Source of the DNA: Escherichia phage ES
Strand: one strand, 5' to 3'
DNA length: 48,315 bases
Sequence record: OR466728.1
Part shown: positions 28,820 through 38,021 of the stretch, in pieces
Layout of the letters: the number at the start of each line of letters is the position of its first letter
How positions within the stretch are numbered: the stretch's first letter is position 1
Position numbers and translations under genes: made by a program
The notes under the pieces: generated by a model
Seen by the model: the letters and a program-made list of their open reading frames with translations, nothing else
Told to the model about the DNA's origin: nothing
Databases searched by the model: none

Positions 28820-29743
28820 TTAGTCTAGCAATTCGCTTGCCTTGTATATTCGCTTTCTTATGCCTGACTTGAAAAAATTATCATCATTTGGCATTACCAC
28901 ATCAAGATCGCGATCGTCAGCAACGGCGAGTAAATCAAAAGCGTGGCGAGTGCAAGCGATGCGTAACTTGTATTTTCTAAGCGCGTAAGCAACCATTTCC
29001 ATGTTGTAGCTGGAGTAGCAAACAATCACGCAGCGGTTGCCAGTAGCAAGATGAACGCGAATACCATCAATCCAATTATCGACAAGATAAGCGTACTCAT
29101 CATCTTTAAGGGAGCCAATAACAGACACTGACTGTCGAGTATAATCTTTTGCAGCATAGCTAACATCTCCTTCCTCATTGATAAACATTACATTGCACAT
29201 TTCTTCTGATATGCCGTCACTATAAGCCATAAAGCACGGGACAGCATGGATTAATTCACCTGATTTTGTTCTACCAACATCAAATCCAAACTCGCTATAA
29301 ATACCCTCGTATGTACTGAGTGGAGTTGATTCTACTCTTTCCGTCCTTTCCATTATCTCCAGGCATCTTTCGTGGTCAATCTGTGCTCCCATTTTGTAGA
29401 GCTGGGCTCTTGATGCTTGCTTGTTTGCCTTGTTAACAACTTCAACCGGGATGAGGTTCAGCCACTCACCTAGAGTGTCAATACATTCACTGAATGACTC
29501 ACCCCGCATCTTCATGACCCAAATAATCCCATCACCTGACCCGCACTGGTTGCAGATAATCCCACCGTCACCATCCTCACTAACCTTGTTTGTCCAGCGA
29601 GCGCGGTCAACTCCTCCACAATAAATACATGGCTTATGCTTTTTTGTCTGGAAGAATTTTGGGTCTGCGCCGCAAATGTTTATAAGCGCCTTATCCCACA
29701 GTCCGCGCATTCTTGGTAAAACTTCTTTCTTGTCGTAGTGCAT
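28820..29743 (-). CDS. DNA primase (zinc-ribbon type, putative)
   Basis: 307 aa; N-terminal CIYCGG...CNQCG zinc-binding motif; adjacent to helicase region. Confidence 0.55.
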   Translation of the reverse strand: MHYDKKEVLPRMRGLWDKALINICGADPKFFQTKKHKPCIYCGGVDRARWTNKVSEDGDGGIICNQCGSGDGIIWVMKMRGESFSECIDTLGEWLNLIPVEVVNKANKQASRAQLYKMGAQIDHERCLEIMERTERVESTPLSTYEGIYSEFGFDVGRTKSGELIHAVPCFMAYSDGISEEMCNVMFINEEGDVSYAAKDYTRQSVSVIGSLKDDEYAYLVDNWIDGIRVHLATGNRCVIVCYSSYNMEMVAYALRKYKLRIACTRHAFDLLAVADDRDLDVVMPNDDNFFKSGIRKRIYKASELLD

Positions 29744-29764
29744 ATCAATCTACCTCTTAACAAA

Positions 29765-29795
29765 TAAAAAAGGATGTACCGATTATGGCACATCC
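29765..29795 (-). terminator. hairpin plus T-run (minus strand) after HTH gene
   Basis: GGATGT/ACATCC stem with 12-nt loop, 6 A on plus strand (T-run on minus). Confidence 0.35.
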
Positions 29796-29801
29796 AATCC
29801 T

Positions 29802-30275
29802 TTACTCTTTAGCTTTTCGTGCTGCTTCGTTAGCGGCCTTAATCTTGCGCCATGATCGACACTCTGGCTTGGTGGCTAGCTCTGCTTCAGTAACTACGCG
29901 AAGCATATGACGCTTCTTACATCGAAGTGTTAGCGGCTTACCGTTTCCGTCGAATTGCAGGTCTGGTCGGCAGAACGTAGCTCGAAATCCTTCCTTATTT
30001 CTCTTATACGCATTGTGAGCTTTCTGCGCTCCTCGAGCCGAAATCATCCCGCGATCAAACCATTGCTCTACAGTCTGGTGAGATACGTTTAACTGCTTTG
30101 CGATGTTCGCCTTTGTTCCATAGAAATCAAGAACCATCTCCAGGCGAGCACGTAGCCCAGCCTTTACCTCATCTTTCAATACGTAGTAGCCTGACGGTCG
30201 TTTGCGTTGCTTCTTGTCTTGTGTGCGTACCGTTCCGTTATTGCCGTTAATAGTTCGTTTGTCAATTTCACACAT
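29802..30275 (-). CDS. HTH DNA-binding protein (candidate transcription regulator)
   Basis: 157 aa, basic, HTH-like GTKANIAKQLNVSHQTVEQWFDRG; RBS GAGG; a dyad box overlaps its 5' region. Confidence 0.5.
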   Translation of the reverse strand: MCEIDKRTINGNNGTVRTQDKKQRKRPSGYYVLKDEVKAGLRARLEMVLDFYGTKANIAKQLNVSHQTVEQWFDRGMISARGAQKAHNAYKRNKEGFRATFCRPDLQFDGNGKPLTLRCKKRHMLRVVTEAELATKPECRSWRKIKAANEAARKAKE

Positions 30276-30288
30276 CTCATTACCTCAA

Positions 30289-30306
30289 TAGCACTTTTTG
30301 TTAAAC
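30289..30306 (+). promoter_or_regulatory. dyad box copy 7 (TAGCACTTTTTGTTAAAC) in divergent region
   Basis: TATTAT about 21-22 nt downstream; helicase ATG 83 nt downstream; 14 nt from the ATG of the divergent HTH gene. Confidence 0.5.
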
Positions 30307-30371
30307 AATAGGTTCGATAATTGATATTATACAGCAATGCAACGAACTAACAAACTGTCAGGATACTTAAA

Positions 30372-33300
30372 ATGCTTCCAGTAGAGCGCTTAGTGGCAAA
30401 CTTTGATCAAGAGAAAATCAAACAGATTCAGAAAGATTACCAGTTTGGAGACATAACTCCTTACGAATTCCAGTGTGTAACATTTGACGCAATTGGTAAG
30501 GCTATTGGTAAGTACGAGGCTCCATTCATCGCAGACCTGTCTGTATCTGCTGGTAAAACAATAATTCTTGCCATGATTGGGAAAAGAATGGAGCAACTTG
30601 GACTTCCTTATATGGTACTGTCTCGCCAGTCAGAGATTATCAGCCAGAACGCAGAGGAACTCCGTAACTTCGGTATCCGTAATAGCGTCTATTGCGCTGG
30701 ACTTAACGTTAAATCAGTTTACTACCCAACCATAGTGGCTAGTGAGGGTACAGCTGCCAATGGCCTGTTTAAGGGGCTTGGTGACTATGTTCCTGCTGTT
30801 ATCGCGATAGATGAGTGCTTAACTGGAGACACGATGATAACCACCGATTCAGGGATGATGAGGATTGATAGCGAAGACCTTATCAATCATAAAATAAAAT
30901 GCATAAACGAAAGCACTGGTGATTACTTCTATCATAAGCCAAAAAGAGTTTTTACTAATGGTGTAAGACATGTATCATCAATTAAATTAGAAAGCGGAGA
31001 GGAAATAAAATGCACGAGTACACACAAACTTTATTCGAACGGCTGCTGGGTAGGAGCGGGAAAACTTCGTATTGGGATGAATCTGTCGCTAGACGGCTCG
31101 CAGGACAAATTTACGAAAAAGCTCCTGCGTGCAAGTGTGGCTGTGGTGAAAAAGTTATGCCGCATTCAAGCAAGGGGTTAGGCGTACTTCTTAAGAACCC
31201 TTTCGATTTCTATTTGGATTACAGAACGGGGCATCATAATTCAACCGTCAACCCATCAATGGAGGTTGATGACTTTTTACATCAAAACATTCTTGCGGCA
31301 ATGGCTGGTGATGGTTGCTTGATTAAAAATACAGAAAAAGGAACGCATAGGCTATCTTGGAATATGGGAAATAAGGAGCACGCACTAAGCAAGGTTGAAA
31401 GGTTTGCAAAACTAAACCCTAGATACAGGGAGAAGAAAAACCCTGGATTTGGCGACAACTGGTTTTGCGTATCAACATCATGTACGAAAGTTCTGGATTC
31501 ATATGCTGATAAGTACGGAAATTCTAAGGATGGTTACGATATTGGAAAGATATGCAGAGAGCTTGATCCAGTTGGTTGGGCTGCTTACTTTGGTGATGAT
31601 GGTCATTGCACTGTAAGCTCAGGGAAGAGGGTTGTAGAAATCCACACCGAATCATTTAGCAGGCGTGAAGTTCAATCAGTAGTTGATGCGCTAATAGCAT
31701 TTATTGCTAATGACGGAGTTAATGTTAGAAGCTATATTGGCGGCAAGAAAAAGAGAGAGCTTTACTCAGTATCAATAACAACGAGGTCGGCACAAGATGA
31801 GTTTTTTAAGAGAATTAGTAAGCACATGGAAAATGGCGTGGAATACAAAATCAAGCAAAATTAAAGACATCTCACCCATTGGCAAGGAACTTGTTTGGGA
31901 TATAGAGATGCCTGAGCACCATAATTTCATTGCTGACGGGGTCGTGGCACATAATTGCCACATGGTGGACCATATGGATATCGTAGAAGCTGAAGAGAAT
32001 GAGGAAACATTCGAGCAGATGAGCACGAAGAAGGGTGAGATGGTCTTTAAGGATGGTGTGAATACCGGGCTTCTTGGCACTGGTCGCGCGCAATACACGT
32101 TAATCATTACCGAAATGAAGCGTCGATGCAAGGAGAAGTACGGTCGCGAACTTCGTATCTTTGGGTTAACTGGTAGCCCGTACCGTAACAACGACCACAT
32201 TGTAGTTAGTAACCCAAATGTCCGTGGATTCTGGCGCAAAACTGTAATGCAAGTGCCAACCAGCTACCTTGTTGACTTGGGGTTCGTTGTTCCTACTGTC
32301 TACGGTGAAGTTGGTGATTTGGGCTACGACCTTAGTGAGTTCACTCCTGATGGAAGTGATGGGGTTAAGGACTTCAGCAAGAAAGAAATGGATGCGATGG
32401 CTGCAAAGATTCACGAAAACCAAACGATGACACAAAAGATAATGGGATTTGCTGCTAGGTTTATGGAAACAAGGAATGCTGCATTGGTAACTTGCGCTGG
32501 CAAACAGCATTGCGAGGAGGCGGCAGCCGCACTTCCAGAAGGTGTTACTTGGGCGATAGTTACCAACTCCACTGGTGATAAGAAGCGTAGAGAGATACTT
32601 GAGAAGGCAGCCAGCGGAGAATATAAGTTCATATTTCAGATTGGTTGCCTCACAACTGGCGTAAACTGCCCCCCGTGGGATACAAGCATTATCCTGAGGA
32701 AGGTTGGTAGCATTACTCTACTCATTCAGTTGCTTGGTCGTGGTATGCGTATCCTTAAGAAGAAGCACAAAGAAGCTGGAATGGTAAAAGATGACCATGT
32801 TGTTCTTGATTTTGCCGGGACGCTTGACGATATGGCAGAACTCTACTTCGACCCAATTATAGAAGAGGTTCAGGACCAGAAGTTTAAGTCATCCAGGAAA
32901 GGGGGTGATGAACCAAGAATTTGCCCAGCATGTTCTTATGAGAATTCTCCTTTCGCACGGCGCTGTAATAATGTGATTGACGGTAAACGATGCGAGCATT
33001 TTTTTCAGTTCCGTCTTTGCGAAGATATTGAGGACCCGCAGACGAAAGTTATCGTTAAGAAAGGTTGCGGAGAGAAAAATGACGTTGCAGCAAAGAACTG
33101 CCGCTGCTGCGGAGAGATGCTGATAGACCCAAATGCAAAGCTATCTGGAAAAATGTATCGGAAAGGGGACTGGTTGAGAGTTTATGACTTCAAGATTGGG
33201 TTGACAAAAAACCAGTCAGGGATCGTTGCTTCATATGAGGTAATGGCTCATAGTGGAGATAAGTTCCGAGCTTATGAAACATTCTTCCCGGAGTCAGACC

Positions 33301-33506
33301 ATCGTGTTTGTTCTGTCAAATGGAAGGCGTTTTGCTCAACTCACATCGAGAACAGGACTGAGGCTTTTAGGATTGGCAGATTGCGTAATGCTAAAATGAT
33401 TATGACAAATGCACATCTTTTCCGTGCGCCGCTAAGGATTACGCACCGCAAGAATCAGAAGTCGCAAGATATTATCGCCAACAAATCATTTACGATGGAG
33501 GATTGA
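30372..33506 (+). CDS. SF2 DExH-box DNA helicase, interrupted by an intein (exteins 30372-30815 and 31956-33506)
   Basis: Walker A SVSAGKT; motif II DE|CH restored on excision; three track ORFs (30372, 31010, 31797) belong to one gene. Confidence 0.75.
30816..31955 (+). mobile_element. intein with LAGLIDADG homing-endonuclease domain (1140 nt, 380 codons)
   Basis: starts CLTGDTMI, block B TSTHKL, LAGLIDADG-like ILAAMAGDGCL and AAYFGDDGHC, ends NFIADGVVAHN before +1 Cys; endonuclease domain is in a different frame. Confidence 0.8.
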
Positions 33507-33507
33507 T

Positions 33508-33927
33508 ATGAAAATCACAGACAAAGGTGATTACCTCGAGTTCTATGGCGGACCGGTGAAGTCATGCCCAAAGGAAGACGATGAACAAATCTTCTGCTCT
33601 GATTGGGTGAAATACAACTATCCGCAGATTGTTTACTGGCACACGATTAACGAAAATAAAAAGAGCATTGGTCAAGCAATAAAAGACCAAGCCAAGGGGC
33701 TTCTCAAAGGTGTGTCAGACTGCTTATTTCTGATACCTGAGTCATTGCGTGGCGGTTATCCATTTGGCGCCATAGAGTTAAAGAGGGCTGGTAAAACGCA
33801 AGCAAGCCCAGTTAGCAATGAGCAAAAGTCATTCCTAAAAAGCGTAAGGGAATCAGGCGGTTTCGCAGCGGTGGCTTATGGAAGAGAGGGTTTTCTTGCG
33901 GCATTCGCAGAGATGATAAGAAAATAG
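33508..33927 (+). CDS. VRR-NUC-like nuclease (putative)
   Basis: 139 aa; ...D...IELKRAGK... PD-(D/E)XK-like core; RBS GGAGG. Confidence 0.45.
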   Translation: MKITDKGDYLEFYGGPVKSCPKEDDEQIFCSDWVKYNYPQIVYWHTINENKKSIGQAIKDQAKGLLKGVSDCLFLIPESLRGGYPFGAIELKRAGKTQASPVSNEQKSFLKSVRESGGFAAVAYGREGFLAAFAEMIRK

Positions 33928-33942
33928 CACGAATTGCTAAAG
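33925..33942 (+). promoter_or_regulatory. dyad box copy 8 (TAGCACGAATTGCTAAAG)
   Basis: TAG is the stop of 33508-33927; TATTAT 22 nt downstream, then CATCGAAAC; ATG of 34006 is 81 nt downstream. Confidence 0.55.
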
Positions 33943-34005
33943 ACGAATTGGTGAGTTGGTGTATTATCAACTCATCGAAACGAAACAAAGAGAGAGATAA
34001 ATAAA

Positions 34006-34194
34006 ATGAAAGACATTATTACTAAAGAATCCCAAAGCTACTACGCCTCATACTATGAGACAGTTAATGGTTTTAAATTTATTGATATAGAGCAAGGTGG
34101 AAACGCCGTTACGCTAACTAGCGAAAAAGATTTAAATGACATGATTTCGTTCTTAGAAAAAGTGAAAGAGCATTTAAATAGCACGAATTGCTAA
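34006..34194 (+). CDS. hypothetical protein (C-terminus NSTNC)
   Basis: 62 aa, RBS AAAGAGAGAGA; last five codons are encoded by the next dyad box. Confidence 0.5.
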   Translation: MKDIITKESQSYYASYYETVNGFKFIDIEQGGNAVTLTSEKDLNDMISFLEKVKEHLNSTNC

Positions 34195-34196
34195 AG
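34179..34196 (+). promoter_or_regulatory. dyad box copy 9 (TAGCACGAATTGCTAAAG)
   Basis: lies inside the 3' end of 34006-34194; TATAGT 22 nt downstream, CATCGAAAC; ATG of 34256 is 77 nt downstream. Confidence 0.55.
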
Positions 34197-34255
34197 AGAT
34201 TTCGCAGGGACGCGATATAGTTACTCCATCGAAACAAAACGCAGAGAGAAAGAAA

Positions 34256-34444
34256 ATGGCTACTATCTATACTGGTAAATTCTACGAATCACGCAAGACT
34301 GGTTACGAATATGAATTAGTAATTACAGATGACGGTTATGCTCTTGATGATGGTGAAGGATACGCATTTGAAGTTAGCCCAACTTACAAATATGATCTGG
34401 AAACTGTTAAAAACGAATTCGGCGAAAAATTTGATGAGGTATAA
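34256..34444 (+). CDS. hypothetical protein
   Basis: 62-aa ORF, RBS AGAGAGAAAG. Confidence 0.5.
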   Translation: MATIYTGKFYESRKTGYEYELVITDDGYALDDGEGYAFEVSPTYKYDLETVKNEFGEKFDEV

Positions 34445-34449
34445 GAGTA

Positions 34450-34671
34450 ATGGCAATTTTAACATTTGACAAACAATGGGAACTATTTCAGGCAATGGGG
34501 GTTCAGGAGCTACACAATGCTGGTTATAAAGGTAACTCATGGTTTTTAGCAGGATGCCTTGATTACAGCTTTGAAGAAGATTACTTGCGAACGGACATCG
34601 AAACATGGCGCGAACGCATGGTTGCAGACATTGCGGAAATGAAAAAAGATTGCCCGGAGGATTTTGAATAA
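34450..34671 (+). CDS. hypothetical protein
   Basis: 73-aa ORF, RBS GAGG. Confidence 0.5.
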   Translation: MAILTFDKQWELFQAMGVQELHNAGYKGNSWFLAGCLDYSFEEDYLRTDIETWRERMVADIAEMKKDCPEDFE

Positions 34672-34796
34672 TGAAAATCTTAGATAAGGAGATGTTCGAA
34701 ATTGCACAGACTTATGCAAATGAAGCAGTTAAAACCGGATCAGAATATTGTTGGATGTGTGCTAAAGAATATCTGAAAATGGCTTATGACTTATGA
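34671..34796 (+). CDS. hypothetical small protein
   Basis: 41-aa ORF below the track cut-off, tightly packed in the operon. Confidence 0.35.
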   Translation: MKILDKEMFEIAQTYANEAVKTGSEYCWMCAKEYLKMAYDL

Positions 34797-35041
34797 TAGT
34801 TGAAACCGGACGCGCCGCAGTTTGGGCGCATTGCGGAGAGGCGGGATTGCAGGATGACATCAAGAAAATATCTAAATACTTCGATATTCAAGAAATCAGC
34901 GTTGTCTACGGCGGTAAGTTTTCATATATACAAGATCGTCCAAGGAAATATGTAAGAGTTAAACCAGGTGCCAGGATTGATGTTAACGAGTTCCTTAAAT
35001 CTGAGGGATTCAAGTTTAAGATAACGAAGCATAAGGATTAA
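34793..35041 (+). CDS. hypothetical protein
   Basis: 82-aa ORF, ATGA overlap with upstream stop. Confidence 0.45.
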   Translation: MIVETGRAAVWAHCGEAGLQDDIKKISKYFDIQEISVVYGGKFSYIQDRPRKYVRVKPGARIDVNEFLKSEGFKFKITKHKD

Positions 35042-35043
35042 TC

Positions 35044-35190
35044 ATGAAGCCACACGAATATTCAGCATTGGTTAACGGGTTACTTGAGGTTTCTATAAAA
35101 TTCAAGGATACGCAGCAGTTAAGGGAGCAGCTATCACGAGAACTCTCAAGGCATGGTATTAGACCGAGTCATAAGATGGAAAAGGATTGA
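35044..35190 (+). CDS. hypothetical small protein
   Basis: 48-aa ORF below the track cut-off, fills the gap between flanking genes. Confidence 0.3.
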   Translation: MKPHEYSALVNGLLEVSIKFKDTQQLREQLSRELSRHGIRPSHKMEKD

Positions 35191-35192
35191 GC

Positions 35193-35444
35193 ATGTTGGG
35201 TTTAGATTTTCAGCCGGAGCATTACGATTTAGTATATGGTCAAAGTGGTGCGAAGTTTAGAGCGATACCTATTTCTGACTGGTTTCCTCCTGACTACGTG
35301 GATGTTAATGCGAAGACGAAGGATGGTAAATGGGTACAGATTTACTATTCCCCAGCGTGCGGGAATCTCTGCATGACAGACCTGGACCAGAAATTAGAAA
35401 TTAGTGCAGATTTAATTGATTACTGGTTGAAAGAGGTTGTATGA
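35193..35444 (+). CDS. hypothetical protein
   Basis: 83 aa from ATG 35193, RBS AAGGA. Confidence 0.45.
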   Translation: MLGLDFQPEHYDLVYGQSGAKFRAIPISDWFPPDYVDVNAKTKDGKWVQIYYSPACGNLCMTDLDQKLEISADLIDYWLKEVV

Positions 35445-35515
35445 AGTACACAGCCCTAGTAGCATTAGTACCACTGTTTAGCTTTACTATCTTATATTTT
35501 ATTGTGATGAACTAA
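35441..35515 (+). CDS. hydrophobic micro-peptide (24 aa, putative membrane)
   Basis: MKYTALVALVPLFSFTILYFIVMN; RBS AAGAGG 5 nt upstream; ATGA overlap with upstream stop. Confidence 0.3.
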   Translation: MKYTALVALVPLFSFTILYFIVMN

Positions 35516-35525
35516 GGACTTAAAA

Positions 35526-36659
35526 ATGGCAGCATCAAAGATTACAAATGAACAGCTTATCGAAGAGCTGAAAAGCGGCCTGACTAACAAGGCAATTGCA
35601 GAGAAGTACGGCATGAATATTCGCAACGTTGAGCTTCGTCGCAGTAAGTTGGCTAAGAGTGGTATTGGGCATGGTAATGAAGGTATCAAGAAGCTAGTTC
35701 CTGACGGTTATTTAGTCAAGGGCACCTCAACAATGATTGATGCGGAAGGGAATGAGAAGCTGCGTTGGGTTAAGACTTCGATTGATGCTGAGAAGCAAGA
35801 AGAGATGCTTCAGCAGATTGTTAAGGCTCTTACAGACGAGGTTCCTCGCGAGACTCCAAAGCCACTCAGTGAATCAAGCTATGAAGATACATTGAGTCTC
35901 TACCCTGTATTTGATATGCACATTGGCGCAATGGCTCACCATGCAGAGTGTGGGGAGAACTACAGTACAGAAATTGCAGAGCGAGTGCTTAACCAATACT
36001 TTGATTATGCAGTTGCTAAGGCCCCGAATTCATCAAAAGCCGTATTACTGATTGGTGGAGACTTCCTTCACTCGGATGGAATGGAAGCTGTAACTCCAAC
36101 CAGCAAGCACGTACTTGATCAAGATAGCCGTTATCATAAACTTGTCTACGTAGCTGTTCGTGCAACTCGCCGCGCCGTCAGTAAGATGCTTGACAAGCAT
36201 AAAGAGGTTGAGGTTCAGATTATACCAGGCAACCACGACCTTTCTGGGATGATTTGGCTTCGAGCTGCAATGGCTGCCTTCTACATGGATGAGCCTCGTG
36301 TAAATGTTGATGCCTCACCAGCCGCTCTTCACGTGACGGAGTTTGGTAAAACATTGTTGGGTTACTGCCATGGTCATGAATTGCGAAAGCCTGACACTCG
36401 TCTTTCAACTCTTGCGCGCGACCATCGCAAAGCATTTGGTAATGCTGAATACGTTTATACACATAGTGGCCATTATCATCATCAGACGGTTACTGAGGGT
36501 AATCTTGGAATTGATGAGTCACACGGTCAGTTGGGTGCTAAAGATGCGTACAGCGCAAACGGAGGGTATCGCTCTTATCGTCAGGCCTCAGTAATTATCT
36601 ATAGCTCAGAGTACGGTGAAGTTGGTCGATTCACTTGCCGACCTGAAATGTTTAAGTAA
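35526..36659 (+). CDS. calcineurin-like metallophosphoesterase with N-terminal HTH domain
   Basis: phosphoesterase motifs DMHIG, GGDFLHSD, PGNHD; N-terminal HTH-like LTNKAIAEKYGMNIRNV. Confidence 0.55.
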   Translation: MAASKITNEQLIEELKSGLTNKAIAEKYGMNIRNVELRRSKLAKSGIGHGNEGIKKLVPDGYLVKGTSTMIDAEGNEKLRWVKTSIDAEKQEEMLQQIVKALTDEVPRETPKPLSESSYEDTLSLYPVFDMHIGAMAHHAECGENYSTEIAERVLNQYFDYAVAKAPNSSKAVLLIGGDFLHSDGMEAVTPTSKHVLDQDSRYHKLVYVAVRATRRAVSKMLDKHKEVEVQIIPGNHDLSGMIWLRAAMAAFYMDEPRVNVDASPAALHVTEFGKTLLGYCHGHELRKPDTRLSTLARDHRKAFGNAEYVYTHSGHYHHQTVTEGNLGIDESHGQLGAKDAYSANGGYRSYRQASVIIYSSEYGEVGRFTCRPEMFK

Positions 36660-36677
36660 TAGCACTTTTTGTTAATA
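36660..36677 (+). promoter_or_regulatory. dyad box copy 10 (TAGCACTTTTTGTTAATA)
   Basis: immediately after the TAA stop of 35526-36659; ATG of 36733 is 73 nt downstream; -10 weak (CAAAAT). Confidence 0.4.
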
Positions 36678-36732
36678 AAGCCTCAAAGGATTGAGGCAAA
36701 ATGAATAAACGATAACGATATGAGGAGTTGTA

Positions 36733-37206
36733 ATGATTTACGTGTTTGATATTGATGGAACTGTTGCTAACAATGAACATAGAAGCCACCTCTTACCATC
36801 TAGTGACCTTCACTTGACTTCAAGTTGGAGTGATTACAATAGAGCCTGTTCTGGAGATTCACCGATAATCCCAATGATAAACATGATGAATGCGTTAGCT
36901 GAGTTATCGCCAGTTTACATCATGACTTCAAGAAGTGACGAAGTCGAATGTATGACGCTTGAATGGCTTCAGTATAATAATATTAATTATGATGGAATAT
37001 ATATGAGGAGTAGATTGGATAACAGAAATGACTATATCATTAAAGAGATGTGGCTAAATGATTTGTGTAATGGTGACAAAGCAAGTGTGATAATCTTTGA
37101 GGATAATCCTAATGTTATCAGTCACCTAAGGAATTGCGGATATACTGTAATGTCAGTTTGTGAATATAAAGAATTACCAAAAGACTGCGAATCTCACGGA
37201 GAATAA
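36733..37206 (+). CDS. HAD-superfamily phosphatase (polynucleotide 3'-phosphatase-like)
   Basis: motif I VFDIDGTV at N-terminus; 157 aa; RBS GAGGAG. Confidence 0.55.
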   Translation: MIYVFDIDGTVANNEHRSHLLPSSDLHLTSSWSDYNRACSGDSPIIPMINMMNALAELSPVYIMTSRSDEVECMTLEWLQYNNINYDGIYMRSRLDNRNDYIIKEMWLNDLCNGDKASVIIFEDNPNVISHLRNCGYTVMSVCEYKELPKDCESHGE

Positions 37207-37207
37207 A

Positions 37208-37762
37208 ATGAAAAAGTTAATCATCCTTAATGCACCCCCTGGTGCTGGAAAAGATACAGTTGCAGATATCATTGTTAATCTTGGAATTTGCAAGGATAAG
37301 GTTTCATTCAAGTCACCAATGTTTAATGTTGCAAAAGGAATACTATCAAGTGATGAGTTTGATGGATTTATTAATAATTACGATGACCGAGAGTACAAAG
37401 AATCACCACACGAATTTCTTGGTGGAATGACTGTTCGTGAATTTATGATTTGGATTAGCGAATCAGTTATGAAGCCAGTCTTTGGTGATGATGTTTTCGG
37501 CAAAAGGCTCACACAATCACTTGGTGATGGATGCTACATTTGTTCAGACGGTGGATTTGCGAGTGAAATCGAACCACTGATTGGCAACGGCGTTGAGGTT
37601 ACATTGATTAGGCTTCACAGGCCTGGTTATACTTTCGAAGGAGATAGTAGGTCATACCTTAGTTGCGTCTGCGCAAGAGAGATTGATGTTGATGTTATTG
37701 AAGGTGATATTAAAAGAACTACAGAAAAAGTAATTAGTGCAATCAATAGCACGAATTGCTAA
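37208..37762 (+). CDS. P-loop kinase (nucleotide or polynucleotide kinase-like)
   Basis: Walker A LNAPPGAGKDT at residues 6-16; 184 aa from ATG 37208 (RBS GGAG); ends NSTNC inside a dyad box. Confidence 0.55.
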   Translation: MKKLIILNAPPGAGKDTVADIIVNLGICKDKVSFKSPMFNVAKGILSSDEFDGFINNYDDREYKESPHEFLGGMTVREFMIWISESVMKPVFGDDVFGKRLTQSLGDGCYICSDGGFASEIEPLIGNGVEVTLIRLHRPGYTFEGDSRSYLSCVCAREIDVDVIEGDIKRTTEKVISAINSTNC

Positions 37763-37764
37763 AC
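37747..37764 (+). promoter_or_regulatory. dyad box copy 11 (TAGCACGAATTGCTAAAC)
   Basis: overlaps the last codons of 37208-37762; AATAAT about 23 nt downstream, CATCGAAAAC; ATG of 37821 is 74 nt downstream. Confidence 0.5.
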
Positions 37765-37820
37765 AATCACCTTAGAGATGCGGAATAATCAACACATCGA
37801 AAACAAGAGAGGATTCAAAA

Positions 37821-37994
37821 ATGACTAAATTATACTGCGTTAAAAACAACTCCAAGACACTGCCTTTTACCGAGAGCCAACCTTATAGCGGAGAGTCGCT
37901 TGGAGATGGTTACTACAAGATTTACGGAGACGATATGACTCACATCCTTGCGCCGATTGATGGCTCTTTGGTGGAATTTATTATCGCAGATTAA
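37821..37994 (+). CDS. hypothetical small protein
   Basis: 57-aa ORF, RBS AAGAGAGG, followed by strong terminator. Confidence 0.4.
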   Translation: MTKLYCVKNNSKTLPFTESQPYSGESLGDGYYKIYGDDMTHILAPIDGSLVEFIIAD

Positions 37995-38021
37995 CACATC
38001 AAAAACATAGATTTGCATGCG

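Noticed and set aside
30372-33506. Three separate genes suggested by the ORF track (30372-31181, 31010-31864, 31797-33506)
   Set aside because: Helicase motifs I and II are split exactly at intein-like termini and excision of 1140 nt restores DE-CH, so this is one intein-containing helicase gene with internal frame breaks.
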